Positions 1-12,992 of a stretch of 64,000 bases of DNA are shown here, in pieces. The translations under genes were made by a program, and so were the position numbers. The notes beneath the pieces were generated by a model. The model did not search any database. It was not told the DNA's origin and saw only the letters and a program-made list of their open reading frames with translations. The stretch comes from Macrostomum lignano (lineage: Eukaryota), in contig NIVC01000068.1 in assembly GCA_002269645.1 (NCBI GenBank), positions 186,001 through 250,000 on the forward strand, in the 5' to 3' direction. How positions within the stretch are numbered: position 1 is the first letter of the stretch; each line of letters starts with the position of its first letter.

Positions 1-286
1 CGGAGGCGGAGGCGGCGGACATCTGGCGTGAGCATCGGCCGTGTCGGCAATCCTGACAAATTGCGGTTCCATAGCTTCGACTAGATGAGAATTCAATTGG
101 GTGACGATTTTGAAAGCGACCATCAGATCTCTGGCAGCCATGCTGTCAATCAGCATAGTGGCATTAGTGATGGTGCACTCGAACAGTGTCAAAGGCGAGA
201 ATGCGCCTCCGCCGCCTGCGCCACCGCCGGCACCCATCTGCTGCGGAGTCATCATAGCAATGCTGGCCGCCATTTGCTTTGCTTTG
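1..286 (-). CDS. Coding exon of an unidentified minus-strand gene, running off the left edge
   Basis: Minus frame is open from a ...cccactaccAG acceptor (AG at 288-287, phase 2) to base 1: KAKQMAASIAMMTPQQMGAGGGAGGGGAFSPLTLFECTITNATMLIDSMAARDLMVAFKIVTQLNSHLVEAMEPQFVRIADTADAHARCPPPPP. GC-rich against AT-rich flank. Absent from the ORF track because no stop lies inside the window. Confidence 0.65.
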
Positions 287-440
287 CTGGTAGTGGGAAA
301 TTATTAAATTCTGCGTGTATCTTTCAAATTCGATTATTGATCAGCTTGTTATTGAGGCGAGGCACGCTTCAGAACGCTGCTTGTTGCTAATGCAGAAATG
401 CGAATTTATTTGTTTTATTAAACTCGAAACAGTGCAATTG

Positions 441-1375
441 GAGATTCACTCTGACTTGGATAGAAATTCACTCTGACTTGGATAGAGATTCACTCTGACT
501 TGGATAGAGATTCACTCTGACTTGGATAGAGATTCACTCTGACTTGGATAGAGATTCACTCTGACTTGGATAGAGATTCACTCTGACTTGGATAGAGATT
601 CACTCTGACTTGGATAGAGATTCACTCTGACTTAGATAGAGATTCACTCTGACTTAGATAGAGATTCACCCTGACTTGGATAGAGATTCACTCTGATTTG
701 GATAGAGATTCTCCCTGACTTGGATAGATATTCACTCTGACTTGGATAGAGATTCACTCTGACTTGGATAGAGATTCTCCCTGACTTGGATAGAGATTCA
801 CTCTGACTTGGATAGAGATTCACTCTGACTTGGATAGAGATTCTCCCTGACTTGGATAGAGATTCACTCTGACTTGGATAGAGATTCACTCTGACTTGGA
901 TAGAGATTCACTCTGACTTGGATAGAGATTCACTCTGACTTGGATAGAGATTCTCCCTGACTTGGATAGAGATTCACTCTGACTTGGATAGAGATTCACT
1001 CTGACTTGGATAGAGATTCACTCTGACTTGGATAGAGATTCACTCTGACTTGGATAGAGATTCACTCTGACTTGGATAGAGATTCACTCTGACTTGGATA
1101 GAGATTCACCCTGACTTGGATAGAGATTCACTCTGACTTGGATAGAGATTCACTCTGACTAGATAATGGAGAGTCACTCTGACTAGATAATGGAGAGTCA
1201 CTCTGACTAGATAATGGAGAGTCACTCTGACTAGATAATGGAGAGTCACTCTGACTAGATAATGGAGAGTCACTCTGACTAGATAATGGAGAGTCACTCT
1301 GACTAGATAATGGAGAGACACTCTGACTAGATAATGGAGAGTCACTCTGACTAGATAATGGAGAGTCACTCTGAC
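441..1375. repeat. Minisatellite: 22-bp unit TAGAGATTCACTCTGACTTGGA, switching near 1160 to a related 24-bp unit TAGATAATGGAGAGTCACTCTGAC
   Basis: Tandem units read directly from the sequence. Confidence 0.95.
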
Positions 1376-1829
1376 TCTGATAATAGAGTCACTCTCATAA
1401 TCAAGGGCAGTCAATTACAACTAAGTTCTGCAGGGTTCCAAAAAAACAGTGCTAAAGTCACCGATAAACTGCCGAATGAAAACAGATTATATTCATAATT
1501 TCAACAAACTTATGGAACAATAGGCATATTAAATATAGTATATGAGAAAAATAATAAAACCTCCGCATATTATAGACAATTGCATCAGAATAATTCAACA
1601 TTGATTGGTAAACAAGAATCTGTTAGTTACAACTAAATAAAAATCATAAGCGACATATTATTTTTCACAGAGCACAATTTCACTTCGATAAATTGCAAAC
1701 TTATAAATCAATACGTTGTGTCCGTGCGGTTCTACTAAATTAAAGTTATTGAGGAAAATAACTAAAACAACAACTAGCAGGGCGGCATACCTGCACACAA
1801 AAGCCATTTACTTCAAACATTACCATTAC

Positions 1830-3490
1830 CTACAAACTGCCAATTTCAACCCACAAACTGCCAATTTCAACCCACAAACTGCCAATTTCAACCCACAAAC
1901 TGCAAATTTCAACCCACAAACTGCCAATTTCAACCCACAAACTGCAAATTTCAACCTACAAACTGCCAACTTCAACCTACAAACTGCCAATTTCAACCTA
2001 CAAACTGCCAATTTCAACCTACAAACTGCCAATTTCAACCCACAAACTGCCAATTTCAACCCACAAACTGCCAATTTCAACCCACAAACTGGCAATTTCA
2101 ACCTACAAACTGCCAACTTCAACCTACAAACTGTCAATTTCAACCTACAAACTGCCAATTTCAACCCACAAACTGCCAATTTCAACCCACAAACTGCCAA
2201 TTTCAACCTACAAACTGCCAACTTCAACCTACAAACTGCCAAATTCAACCTACAAACTGCAAATTTCAACCTACAAACTGCCAACTTCAACCTACAAACT
2301 GCCAAATTCAACCTACAAACTGCAAATTTCAACCTACAAACTGCCAACTTCAACCTACAAACTGCCAATTTCAACCTACAAACTGCCAATTTCAACCCAC
2401 AAACTGCCAACTTCAACCTACAAACTGCCAATTTTAACCTACAAACTGCCAATTTCAACCCACAAACTGCCAATTTCAACCTACAAACTGCCAACTTCAA
2501 CCTACAAACTACTAATTTCAACCTACAAACTGCTAATTTTAACCTACAAACTGCCAACTTCAACCTACAAACTGCCAACTTCAACCTACAAATTGCCAAC
2601 TTCAACCTACAAACTGCCAATTTCAACCTACAAACTGCCAACTTCAACCTACAAACTGCCAACTTCAACCTACAAACTGCCAACTTCAACCTACAAATTG
2701 CCAATTTCAACCTACAAACTGCCAACTTCAACCTACAAACTGCCAACTTCAACCTACAAACTGCCAAATTCAACCTACAAACTGCAAATTTCAACCTACA
2801 AACTGCCAACTTCAACCTACAAACTGCCAAATTCAACCTACAAACTGCAAATTTCAACCTACAAACTGCCAACTTCAACCTACAAACTGCCAATTTCAAC
2901 CTACAAACTGCCAATTTCAACCCACAAACTGCCAACTTCAACCTACAAACTGCCAATTTTAACCTACAAACTGCCAATTTCAACCCACAAACTGCCAATT
3001 TCAACCTACAAACTGCCAACTTCAACCTACAAACTACTAATTTCAACCTACAAACTGCTAATTTTAACCTACAAACTGCCAACTTCAACCTACAAACTGC
3101 CAACTTCAACCTACAAATTGCCAACTTCAACCTACAAACTGCCAATTTCAACCTACAAACTGCCAACTTCAACCTACAAACTGCCAATTTCAACCTACAA
3201 ACTGCCAACTTCAACCTACAAATTGCCAATTTCAACCTACAAACTGCCAACTTCAACCTACAAACTGCCAATTTCAATCTACAAACTGCCAATTTCAACC
3301 CACAAACTGCCAATTTCAACCTACAAACTGCCAATTTTTAACCTACAAACTGCCAATTTCAACCTACAAACTGCCAATTTCAACCTACAAACTGCCAATT
3401 TCAACCTACAAATTGCCAACTTCAACCTAAAAACTGCCAATTTCAACCTACAAACTGCCAATTTCAACCTACAAACTGCCAATTTCAAAT
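1830..3490. repeat. Minisatellite, 21-bp unit ACAAACTGCCAATTTCAACCT
   Basis: Tandem units; source of the QTANFNL / LKLAVCR pseudo-ORFs. Confidence 0.97.
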
Positions 3491-4044
3491 AATCAATGAT
3501 AAAACGAAATAATTTAAGGAATGCAACCTACGATTTTCCCCACAAGTACAAATATGATTTACAATTTAAATCAACAAAAATAATTTTACTGATCTAAAGA
3601 AAAATATTAATTAATATAATTTAGAGTCAAGAAACTAATTCAAATGGAGATTAAAACTATAGTCTGATACGAAACAAAAAGTTTACGCAAAGTTGAAATT
3701 GGTTTGCAGTGAAAATATAGCATTTGTATTTATATTTCGTTTTGACAAGAGCTTACAAGCTTAAAATGTAAATCAACAGATTAATACCTACGTATTGAAA
3801 CAGTAACGGTGCTTTGCGTACCCGCTGGATAAAAAATTGAACTGATTTTATTCGTTGAATAATAAACCAAATTAATATTGGCATATCTAACGTTAATAAT
3901 ATCGATGGTCGCGCCGGATACATGCTGACAATACAGTATAACTAAATTAAACTGCACTGAAGGAAACCTTTTGCTGACTCAAATTAAAATGTTGTTGTCT
4001 AATCACGGATGAGAATTACACACTGAATGGGAAACCTCGGGATG

Positions 4045-5440
4045 TGGGACACCTAGTCTCTAGATGAGGACAACTAGTCTCCAGATGAGGACAACTAGTC
4101 TCTAGATGAGGGACAACTAGTCTTTTGATGAGGACACCTAGTCTCTAGATGAGGACACCTAGTCTCTAGATGAGGACACCTAGTCTCTAGATGAGGACAA
4201 CTAGTCTCTAGATGAGGACACCTAGTCTCTAGATGAGGACACCTAGTCTCCAGATGAGGGACACCTAGTCTCTAGATGAGGACACCTAGTCTCTAGATGA
4301 GGACACCTAGTCTCTAGATGAGGACACCTAGTCTCTAGATAAGGGGACACCTAGTCTCTTGATGAGGACACCTAGTCTCTAGATGAGGACACCTAGTCTC
4401 TAGATGAGGACACCTAGTCTCTAGATGAGGACACCTAGTCTCTAGATGAGGACACCTAGTCTCTAGATGAGGACACCTAGTCTCCAGATGAGGGACACCT
4501 AGTCTCTAGATGAGGACACCTAGTCTCTAGATGAGGACACCTAGTCTCTAGATAAGGGGACACCTAGTCTCTAGATAAGGGGACACCTAGTCTCTTGATG
4601 AGGGATACCTAGTCTCTAGATGAGGGATACCTAGTCTCTAGATGAGGACACCTAGTCTCTAGATGAGGACACCTAGTCTCTTGATGAGGGACACCTAGTC
4701 TCTAGATGAGGGACACCTAGTCTCTAGATGAGGACACCTAGTCTCTTGATGAGGGACAACTAGTCTCCAGATGAGGGATACCTAGTCTCTAGATAAACCC
4801 TTATCTAGTCATTTTGGGGGAGAACTAGTCTCTACATTAGGGACACCTAGTCCGTAGATGAGGGATAACGGTTCTCTAAGAGTAATGTAGTCTCTGGACA
4901 ACTGGTCTAACTGCAGTATCTAAATGAGTAACAACAATCTACAGATTACTGACCTATAGATCTACAGCCAGTCTCTAGATGAGAGACATTTAGTCTCTGG
5001 ATGAGAGACACTTTCTGTAGATCTATAGCCAGTCTTTAGATGAGGGACACCTAGTCTCTAGATGAGTGACACCTAGTCTCTAGATGAGGGAAAACGGGTC
5101 TCTAGATGAGGGAAAACGGGTCTCTAGATGAGGGAAAACGGGTCTCTAGATGAGAGACATTTATTATCTGGATGAGAGACACTTTCTGTAGATCTATAGC
5201 CAGTCTTTAGATGAGGGACACCTAGTCTCTAGATGAGGGACATCTAGTCTCTAGATGAGGGACATCTAGTCTCGAGATGAGGGACACCTAATCTCTATAG
5301 AGGGATAACGGGTCTCTAGATGATAATCATGTAGTCTCTGGATAGATAAAGTCTATAGATAAAGGACACCTCGTCTAACTGTAGTCTCTAAATAATAAGT
5401 GACACTTTCTGTAGATCTATAGCCAGTCTCTAGATGAGGG
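4045..5440. repeat. Minisatellite, ~21-bp unit GAGGACACCTAGTCTCTAGAT, degenerating to the right
   Basis: Tandem units read directly. Confidence 0.95.
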
Positions 5441-5696
5441 ACAGTGGATATAGAGATGTCACAAAACGAAGACAACTCAAGATATAAGCAAAAGCATATT
5501 ATTCAATAATAGAGATAAAAATAGCCAATGACAATCACATAAAGATCTTGAGAGCATCAGACCGACGGAGGACCAATACACGGTTAACGGAGTACTTAAA
5601 TAGCATCTGTAATTTTGCACTCGCGCCCTAAAATATACTTTATAATATTAATACGCCAAAATGTAAAGAATAGGCAATAAACGAGAAGTAAAAAAA

Positions 5697-8377
5697 TTAG
5701 TTATTACTTCGAACAGACAGATAAATCACCAACCCGATGACAAGTAGTACAACTAGAACTATGATAGCCAATATAATCTTCTTGCGTCTAGCTGATCGCT
5801 TGTAACTAACAGCTTTGCCCAGCTGTTTGTTGCCGGTTTCTACGTGCATGACAGCCTCGCTGACGTGGTCCTCGATGCTGTCCAGCATCTCGCCTTGGTC
5901 GTGCACCATGTGGGCCAGGTCCTTGAATAGCTCGTTGATGCCTGCAAGGGAGAATTGAGATAGGGATGAAATGACAAGCCGCTGTGACGACAAGGGGATC
6001 TGGGAGGCTGGCCCAGCAACTGAGGATCTGGGAGGCTGGCCCAGCAACTGGGGATCTGGGAGGCTGGCCCAGCAACTGGGGATCTGGCAGGCTGGCCCAG
6101 CAACTGGGGATCTGGGAGGCCCAGCAACTGGGGATCTGGGAGGCTGGCCCAGCAACTAGGGATCTGGGAGGCTGGCCCAGCAACTGGGGATCTGGGAGGC
6201 CCAGCAACTGGGGATCTGGGAGGCTGGCCCAGCAACTGGGGATCTGGGAGGCCCAGCAACTGGGGATCTGGGAGGCCCAGCAACTGGGGATCTGGGAGGC
6301 TGGCCCAGCAACTGGGGATCTGGGAGGCTGGCCCAGCAACTGGGGATCTGGGAGGCTGGCCCAGCAACTGAGGATCTGAGAGGCTGGCCCAGCAACTGGG
6401 GATCTGGGAGGCTGGCCCAGCAACTGAGAATCTGGGAGCCGTGGGAGGCTGGCCCAGCAACTGAGGATCTGAGAGGCTGGCCCAGCAACTGAGGATCTGG
6501 GAGGCTGGCCCAGCAACTGAGGATCTGGGAGGCTGGCCCAGCATCTGGGGATCTGGGAGGCTGGCCCAGCAACTGAGGATCTGGGAGGCTGGCCCAGCAA
6601 CTGAGGATCTGGGAGGCTGGCCCAGCATCTGGGGATCTGGGAGGCTGGCCCAGCAACTGAGGATCTGGGAGGCTGGCCCAGCAACTGGGGATCTGGGAGG
6701 CCCAGCAACTGGGGATCTAGGAGGCTGAGGATTTGGGAAACAAGCACAATACCGGAACGCACCAACAATATCCTGCTCCAGCTGATGCAGCTGCTCTTCC
6801 CGCTGCTCAGCAGCCTGGAGATCCAGCTGCTGTTGCTGCTGCTGCTGCTGGCCGCCCAGTCTGAACGGGCTGTCTGCATCAACAAGCTGAGCAGGTTGCT
6901 GCTGCTGCTGATCAAACAGGGAGTCCAGCCCACTCCCGCCAGCTTCGCGCCGCTGTTTAGCTGCGGCCTCCTTCTCTCGGGCCTGGACGAGGCGCTGCAC
7001 CTCTTGAAAATCGCCAGCCACTTTGGTTACCTGGTTAAAGAAAACGAATTGAGCCTGATAAATTACCGAGGGAAGTGTCCAATCTCAACTATTTGAAAAT
7101 AGTTACCGTTTTTTAATCCAATCCTACTTGAATTAATCTTGCTAAAAGTTAAATTTAAATATCGAATTAAATCTAATCTCACTAGATCTAATCTAACCAA
7201 TCTTGATCCAATCTCACCCGATCTAAAACAATCACTCTGGATCTAATCTCATTAGATTTAAGAACGGTTAATCTTAATCTAATCTCACTCGATCTAAACT
7301 AACAATCTTGATCTAATCTCACTCTATCTAAACCAATCAATCTTGATCTAATCTCACTCAATCGAAACCAATCAATCTTGATCTAATCTCACTCTATCTA
7401 AACCAATCAATCTTGATCTAATCTCACTCTATCTAAACCAATCAATCTTGATCTAATCTCACTCAATAAAAATCAATCGATATTGATCTAATCTCACTCT
7501 ATCTAAACCAATCAATCTTGATCTAATCTCACTCTATCTAAACCAATAAATCTTGATCTAATCTCACTCAATCGAAACCAATCAATCTTGATCTAATCTC
7601 ACTCAATAAAAATCAATCGATATTGATCTAATCTCACTCTATCTAAACCAATCAATCTTGATCTAATCTCACTCTATCTAAACCAGTAAATCTTGATCTA
7701 ATCTCACTCAACTCACCCACTAATCTTTCAAGATAAACCAATCAATCTTGATCTAATCTCACGCAATCAAAATCAATCGATATTGATCTAATCTCACTCT
7801 ATTCAAACCAATAAATCTTGATCTAATCTCACTCTATCTAAACTAATCAATCTTGATCTAATCTCACTTTATCTAAACCAATAAATCTTGATCTAATCTC
7901 ACTCAATCGAAACCAATCAATCTTGATCTAATCTCACTCAATCGAAACCAGTCAATCTTGATCTAATCTCACTCTATCTAAACCAATCAATCTTGATCTA
8001 ATCTCACTCAATCGAAACCAGTCAATCTTGATCTAATCTCACTCTATCTAAACCAATCGAAATAAATCACATAGTAAAAGATGCAGTACACTCCGCACCT
8101 GATCCACCAAGCGATCCTTTTGCACTCGCCGCATAGCCGCAGCCATGCCCTGACACATTGGAGTCAAATCTCTCTTCAACTGTTCGGTAGCCCGCTGGCA
8201 TTGAGACAATGTTGTATGCGTCAGCGAGTGAATCTGAGAGCGCAATGCTTCGGAATCTCGGTCCGTACCAATTTTATTAGACAAATTGCGTATCTGGCCA
8301 GTGTTAGTCTGTACGCCAGTTACTAGTTGACTAATCTCGGCAGCCAGATTAGCAAAACGCTCATCGTCTGTAGACAT
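5697..8377 (-). CDS. Syntaxin-7/12-like endosomal Qa-SNARE, 3 coding exons, 263 aa
   Basis: Exons 8377-8099 (donor GTGCGG, phase 0), 7030-6763 (donor GTGCGT, phase 1), 5941-5697 (TAA); 792 nt in frame. Habc region, poly-Q linker, SNARE motif [33 protein letters not shown], C-terminal anchor RKKIILAIIVLVVLLVIGLVIYL. STX7 versus STX12 cannot be resolved by eye. Confidence 0.92.
5990..6730. repeat. Minisatellite, 28-bp unit GGGATCTGGGAGGCTGGCCCAGCAACTG with 24-bp deletion variants (syntaxin intron 2)
   Basis: Tandem units filling most of the intron. Confidence 0.95.
7170..8058. repeat. Minisatellite, 35-bp unit AATCAATCTTGATCTAATCTCACTCTATCTAAACC (syntaxin intron 1)
   Basis: Tandem units read directly. 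Confidence 0.95.
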
Positions 8378-9434
8378 CTTTGATGATTTATTGATTGTAC
8401 TAAGTGTTCAATCAGATGAATGAGTTGGAATTTTATTGCACAATAATGGCATAAAAATAGAATGGTAACTGGTTGCTATTACTTGAAGCAGTAGCATGAG
8501 ACATTTAGTTCTTTAGTTTTAAACGAATTACAATTTGCTATAATATGTTATATTATCCATAAATTTAGTGAATGAGAGCTTTGTTTTACAAAAAATGTTG
8601 CATTACAAATCATCATTAATATAAATGAATGCCTTTAGGATAGAATGATTTTAAGGTGTTTTTTCATTGCATATTTATTTATTGTCTAAATGCACAATAA
8701 TTATAAAACTGTATCTCTATTACAGTGACTTATAAAATGAAAGTTAAAGTTAAGGATCACAACTACTTTTAGGCCTATGCCAAAATATATAGACTATGCC
8801 AGAATAAATATTATAATATCTTAGCACCATTTGTATATCCCTAACAAAATTATATGTATATGTATATGTATATGTGTAAGAAAATGTATATCCCTCTTTG
8901 CTTTTATTTTTATTATATAGATACATATAAAAAATTATTTTACTAGCATAGTTTTTGTTTCTTTCTTTGGCATTTTTAGTACCTGCTCAACATCTGAAAG
9001 ACTCTGAAATACTCCCATCTGTGTCACTATATTTTGCTATAGTAAAACAATTTGTTTTAATTTACACATAAATATAGACTAGGACCTATACCTATAGGGA
9101 TATAGACCATTTTCCTTTAAGAATGTTTGTGCCATGTGGGAAGATTGGATAAAAATTGAAGCATATATCCCAATAGACCATGGGAGGGGGTCAAAATAGG
9201 TAGACTAGAGAAGGGGTTATAATGGGATTTTAGTAACTTTGTTGGCCAACAACTTGTCAACTTTGTCAAAGTTTACTTCAAGCCTGCACCTTGATTGCAA
9301 CTTCATTGTTTCTCCTACAAAAATTTTGTGCAGTAAAAATGGGGAATTTCTTACCTCAAGTGGCAATTTTATTGACAAATTATTAGTTAGACATGAATTG
9401 AATGTAAATGGCTGTTTATAAAGTCTAGACTAGA

Positions 9435-9700
9435 CAGCACAAAGACCCAGTTAGTGGATTCTGAAGGGTAAAGACCCAGTTGGCAGATTCTGAAGGGCAA
9501 AGACCCAGGGGGCCGGTTCTGGAAGATAAAGACCCAGAGAGCAGATTCTAAAGGATAAAGACCCAGTTGGCAGATTCTGAAGGGTAAAGACCCAGTTAGT
9601 AGATTCTGAAGGGTAAGGAAAGACCTAGTTGGCAAATTCTGAAGGGTAAGGACCCAGTTAGCAGATTCAGTTAATGGATTCTGAAGGGTAAAGACCCAGG
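9435..9700. repeat. Degenerate ~29-bp tandem repeat AAAGACCCAGTTGGCAGATTCTGAAGGGT
   Basis: Diverged tandem copies. Confidence 0.8.
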
Positions 9701-10080
9701 GGGGAGGGGGCATGGAATAATTGGGGGGGGGGGTGACCCGTGACCTTGGACTGAAAACCTCATCTGGCCTTCAAGTGGAAAAAGGTTGCCAACACCTAAT
9801 TTACAGGGACACCATACTTGATTCTATATAGGCCCCCTAAAATGATTTTTTTATACCAATTGTCTATAGATGTATTTTTTGTTTATTAGCCTCTTCTAAC
9901 TGTCTAGAAATATTTTTAATCAATTATATATATATATACTTTCTACAATTCTACATAGTTTCCATTCATACTAGAGTAGCCTAGTATCATGTGTGATTAG
10001 GAATTAGGAATACCTAATAGGAATTAGGTATATATGAAATCTGCATTCTACAATTACTGTTTAATGGGGTAGAGTGGCTC

Positions 10081-11452
10081 CAGTGGCGCGTCCAGGGGGT
10101 GGGGCCTGTGCCTCTCTCTACATGTATATCCCTTGGATCCTTTGAAACTTCTATCTTTGCTTCTGTTTCCTCTCTTCTCTCTCATCTTTTGTCTCTCCTG
10201 TCATCTCTTCTTTTGTCTCTTCTCTCTCCCCTCCTCTTTTGTCTCTTCTCTCTCCCCTCCTCTTTTGTCTCTTCTCCCACCTCTCTTCTCTCATGTCTTT
10301 TCTTTTATCCCTCCTTTCTCTTTTTTCTCTGCTCTCTTATTTCTTCACATTTCTCTTTTTTCTCTGCTCTCTTATCTCATCTCTTCCCTGTTCTTTCCTC
10401 TCTACTCTTTCCTCACTCTTTTCTCTCTGCTCTCCTCTCCCCCCTCTACTCATGTCTCTTCCCTTTCCTATCTTTTCTCTCCTCTCTTCTCTTCTCTCTC
10501 ATCTTATCTCATCTCCTGTCATCTCTATCACCTTATCTCTTTTTTCTTAACTTTACTCTCTCATTTCTCATTTTTCTTCTTTTATCTCTGCTTGCTCTCT
10601 TATCTTTTCTCATTTCTCTCTGCTCTCTACTCTCTTCTCTCTCCCCTCTTCTCACTCCTCACTCTCCCTTCTCTCAAAACTTTCTTCCTTTTCTCTCTCT
10701 CCTCTCTTCTTTATACTTCTCTGCTCTCATTTCCCATCTCTCCTGTCATCTCTATTCTCTCTCCTCTATTGTCTCAATCTTCTCTCCTCTATTGTCTCAA
10801 TCTTCTCTCCTATCTATCTCCTCTCTCCTTCATCTCTAATCTATACTATCATTTTTAACATCTCTCCTCTCTTCTCTATGCTTGCTTATCTCCACCCTAT
10901 AATCTCTTTTCTCCATTCTCTACTCTCTTCTCTCTCATCTCTACTCTCTTCTATCTCCTCTCTACTTTATCCTATCTACTCTCTCCTCTCTCATCTCTCC
11001 CTTTCTCACCTCTGGCTCTACTCTCTCCTCCCATTTCTCCCTCCCTATTCTCTCCCCTTCTTCTCTGCCCTCTCCTCTCAAGGTAAAAATATACACTTTG
11101 CAGAGATTAGCCAATAATTAAATGAACCAACAGAGTTTTTTGATGAGAATATGCCAGGAAAAGTAAATTATAAAGTTAAATAAATTTGTGTTTACTTTTT
11201 CTATTCAAAAATTTTCCAATTGCAAATCCTAAAAAGTGTTCTTGGGCAAAAAACATTTAGAATGTTAGTTAAATCAACTAAGCTATTGTATTCATTCTTT
11301 GTGAGATCTTTTTTGGATGTCATTTTTACTTTTTGGTAAAAATTAGCTTTTACAATAATTAAAAAACTCAATTCAAGATGTTGGCATTGCCCCTTCAGTT
11401 TTTACTGGGCCCTAACTGCCCCCCCATCTTGAAACCTCTGGACGTACCCCTG
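10081..11452. mobile_element. Non-autonomous hAT-like element with a CT-rich interior
   Basis: Imperfect TIRs CAGTGGCGCGTCCAGGGG and (reverse complement) CAGGGGTACGTCCAGAGG, 14/18 match. Flanking 8-mers AGTGGCTC (10073-10080) and AGTAGCTC (11453-11460), 7/8 match. An 8-bp TSD with CAG termini is the hAT signature. Interior ~10150-11080 is CT low-complexity. Confidence 0.7.
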
Positions 11453-11709
11453 AGTAGCTCTATATTTTGGCAAAGGCAGCCCTTTTGACCCCCTTACCCC
11501 TAGTTGCACTATAAAAATCAGTATATATATGAATATACATTTTGTATAGGCAAGTATAAACTAGGTTTTTGGTTTCTTTTTTATATTGATCAAATAAGAT
11601 CAATCAAATAGTATAGATAGACTAGCAAATTTAGAATCAAGCCAAGCTATACATATTGATATATATCTATTTAAATTATTGCAATTAGCATTAACTTTAT
11701 CTATTTTTA

Positions 11710-12436
11710 TAATAATAAAGCTTGGCATTCTTTTTATTGTTCATTGTTCATTAAATTGTTCATTAAACTATGTTTTCAATGTTTTTCATATTTTCTCCAC
11801 TGATATTAGCATGTTTGTATATCCCTGAAGCTATTAAAATAGTAAAATTAACAACTGTTTTTAAGCACTTTTTTGTCTCTAGCAATTCTTAACAATTCCT
11901 AACAATTTGAGGGCAGCCTCTTGGCATGGTGTTAGACTTAATGGTTGGTTAATGGTCTTAGCAAGAACTAATTAATAGCAAGAAAATAAGTATGACTCTG
12001 AATGCTTAGACTTCCCCTTCCTCTAACCAACTTATCCCTTTGGACCATAGACATTCCTAACAAGCATCAGTGCCATATCAGACAACATGTGTTAGATTTG
12101 TACTTTCTATTTTGCAATTCAGCCTTTTTGTCTACCATGCTTTTGCCCATAGACAATCCAAGCCATTAATTTACTATAGATATTTAAGCTAACCTGTTTG
12201 CTATGTTAGTATAAAAATAAGTTTAACTCATAGCCTAGGCCCTTCACTTCTTTTTTGCCCCACTGTAGTCTAAAGACAGAAAAAGTGGTTAAAAATAGTT
12301 GTTAATTTTACCATTTTAATAGCTTAGGAGATGTTCAAACATGCTAAAATCAGCTTTTAAAGTGGAGAAAATGCAAAAAAACATTGAAAAAATAGTTTAA
12401 CAAATGATTTGAGAAGAATGCCCAAAGTTTATTAAT
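11710..12436. mobile_element. Foldback/MITE-like long inverted repeat
   Basis: Arm ~11710-11882 aligns by eye to the reverse complement of ~12270-12436 (shared stretches such as TTTTCTCCACT, TTAGCATGTTTG, AAGCTATTAAAAT-GTAAAATTAACAACT). No TSD identified. Confidence 0.7.
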
Positions 12437-12722
12437 GTCCTAAGATGGAATTTTTGTACAAAATCCTGGACGCATTCTATATGTGCTGAATTCATCAACA
12501 GACCCAAAATATGAGAAATTGGAGGAAGTCGAATTTGTCAACAGTTAAAACAAGCTGAGAGAATTTGTCAACAAAATGAGGCAGAATTACTAAAAGTTGT
12601 TTCATATCTTAATAATGTAAATTTCTTTTAAATTTAAAGATTTAGTATATAGAAAGATAGTATATTTATAAGATTAAAGAGCCTTTGTACATTAGAATAC
12701 AAAAACCCAACTTGAATGTGCA

Positions 12723-12992
12723 ACTAGCAATGAGGTCGAAGGCTGGCACCATCATTTGAAGACCCGCGCCTACAGAAGCCAGTTACAGCTGTACGTGCTA
12801 TTCAAACTGCTCCACAGAGAGGCTTTGTTGGCAGACGTACAGGCCCAGCTCATTCTGCAGGGCGAAAATGGCCAAGTGAAGCGTGCTAAATATTGTTGAA
12901 TAGACAATTGATTGAAATCACTGTACCAGAGGTATGACGATCAGGAGCTGACACTTGTAGAGCTTCTCCGAAGGTGCAGCATGCTGCATTGA
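12723..12992 (+). pseudogene. Decayed C-terminal fragment of a Mutator-like (MULE) transposase
   Basis: Translates to TSNEVEGWHHHLKTRAYRSQLQLYVLFKLLHREALLADVQAQLILQGENGQVKRAKYC*IDN*LKSLYQRYDDQELTLVELLRRCSMLH*. Resembles the T-N-N-x-x-E-G-W-H motif after the catalytic Glu of animal MULE transposases. Two internal TGA stops. Confidence 0.65.

Noticed and set aside
85-390. Plus-strand ORFs 85..390 and 101..307 (the latter looks like signal peptide + Pro-rich + TM)
   Set aside because: GTG start for 101..307 and no plus-strand splice context; better explained as the antisense shadow of the open minus-strand exon 1-286.
1716-3492. Long ORFs of 541, 502 and 299 aa
   Set aside because: Translations of a stop-free 21-bp minisatellite on both strands.
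10099-11117. Leu/Ser/Phe-rich ORFs resembling membrane proteins
   Set aside because: CT low-complexity DNA cannot encode stops on this strand.
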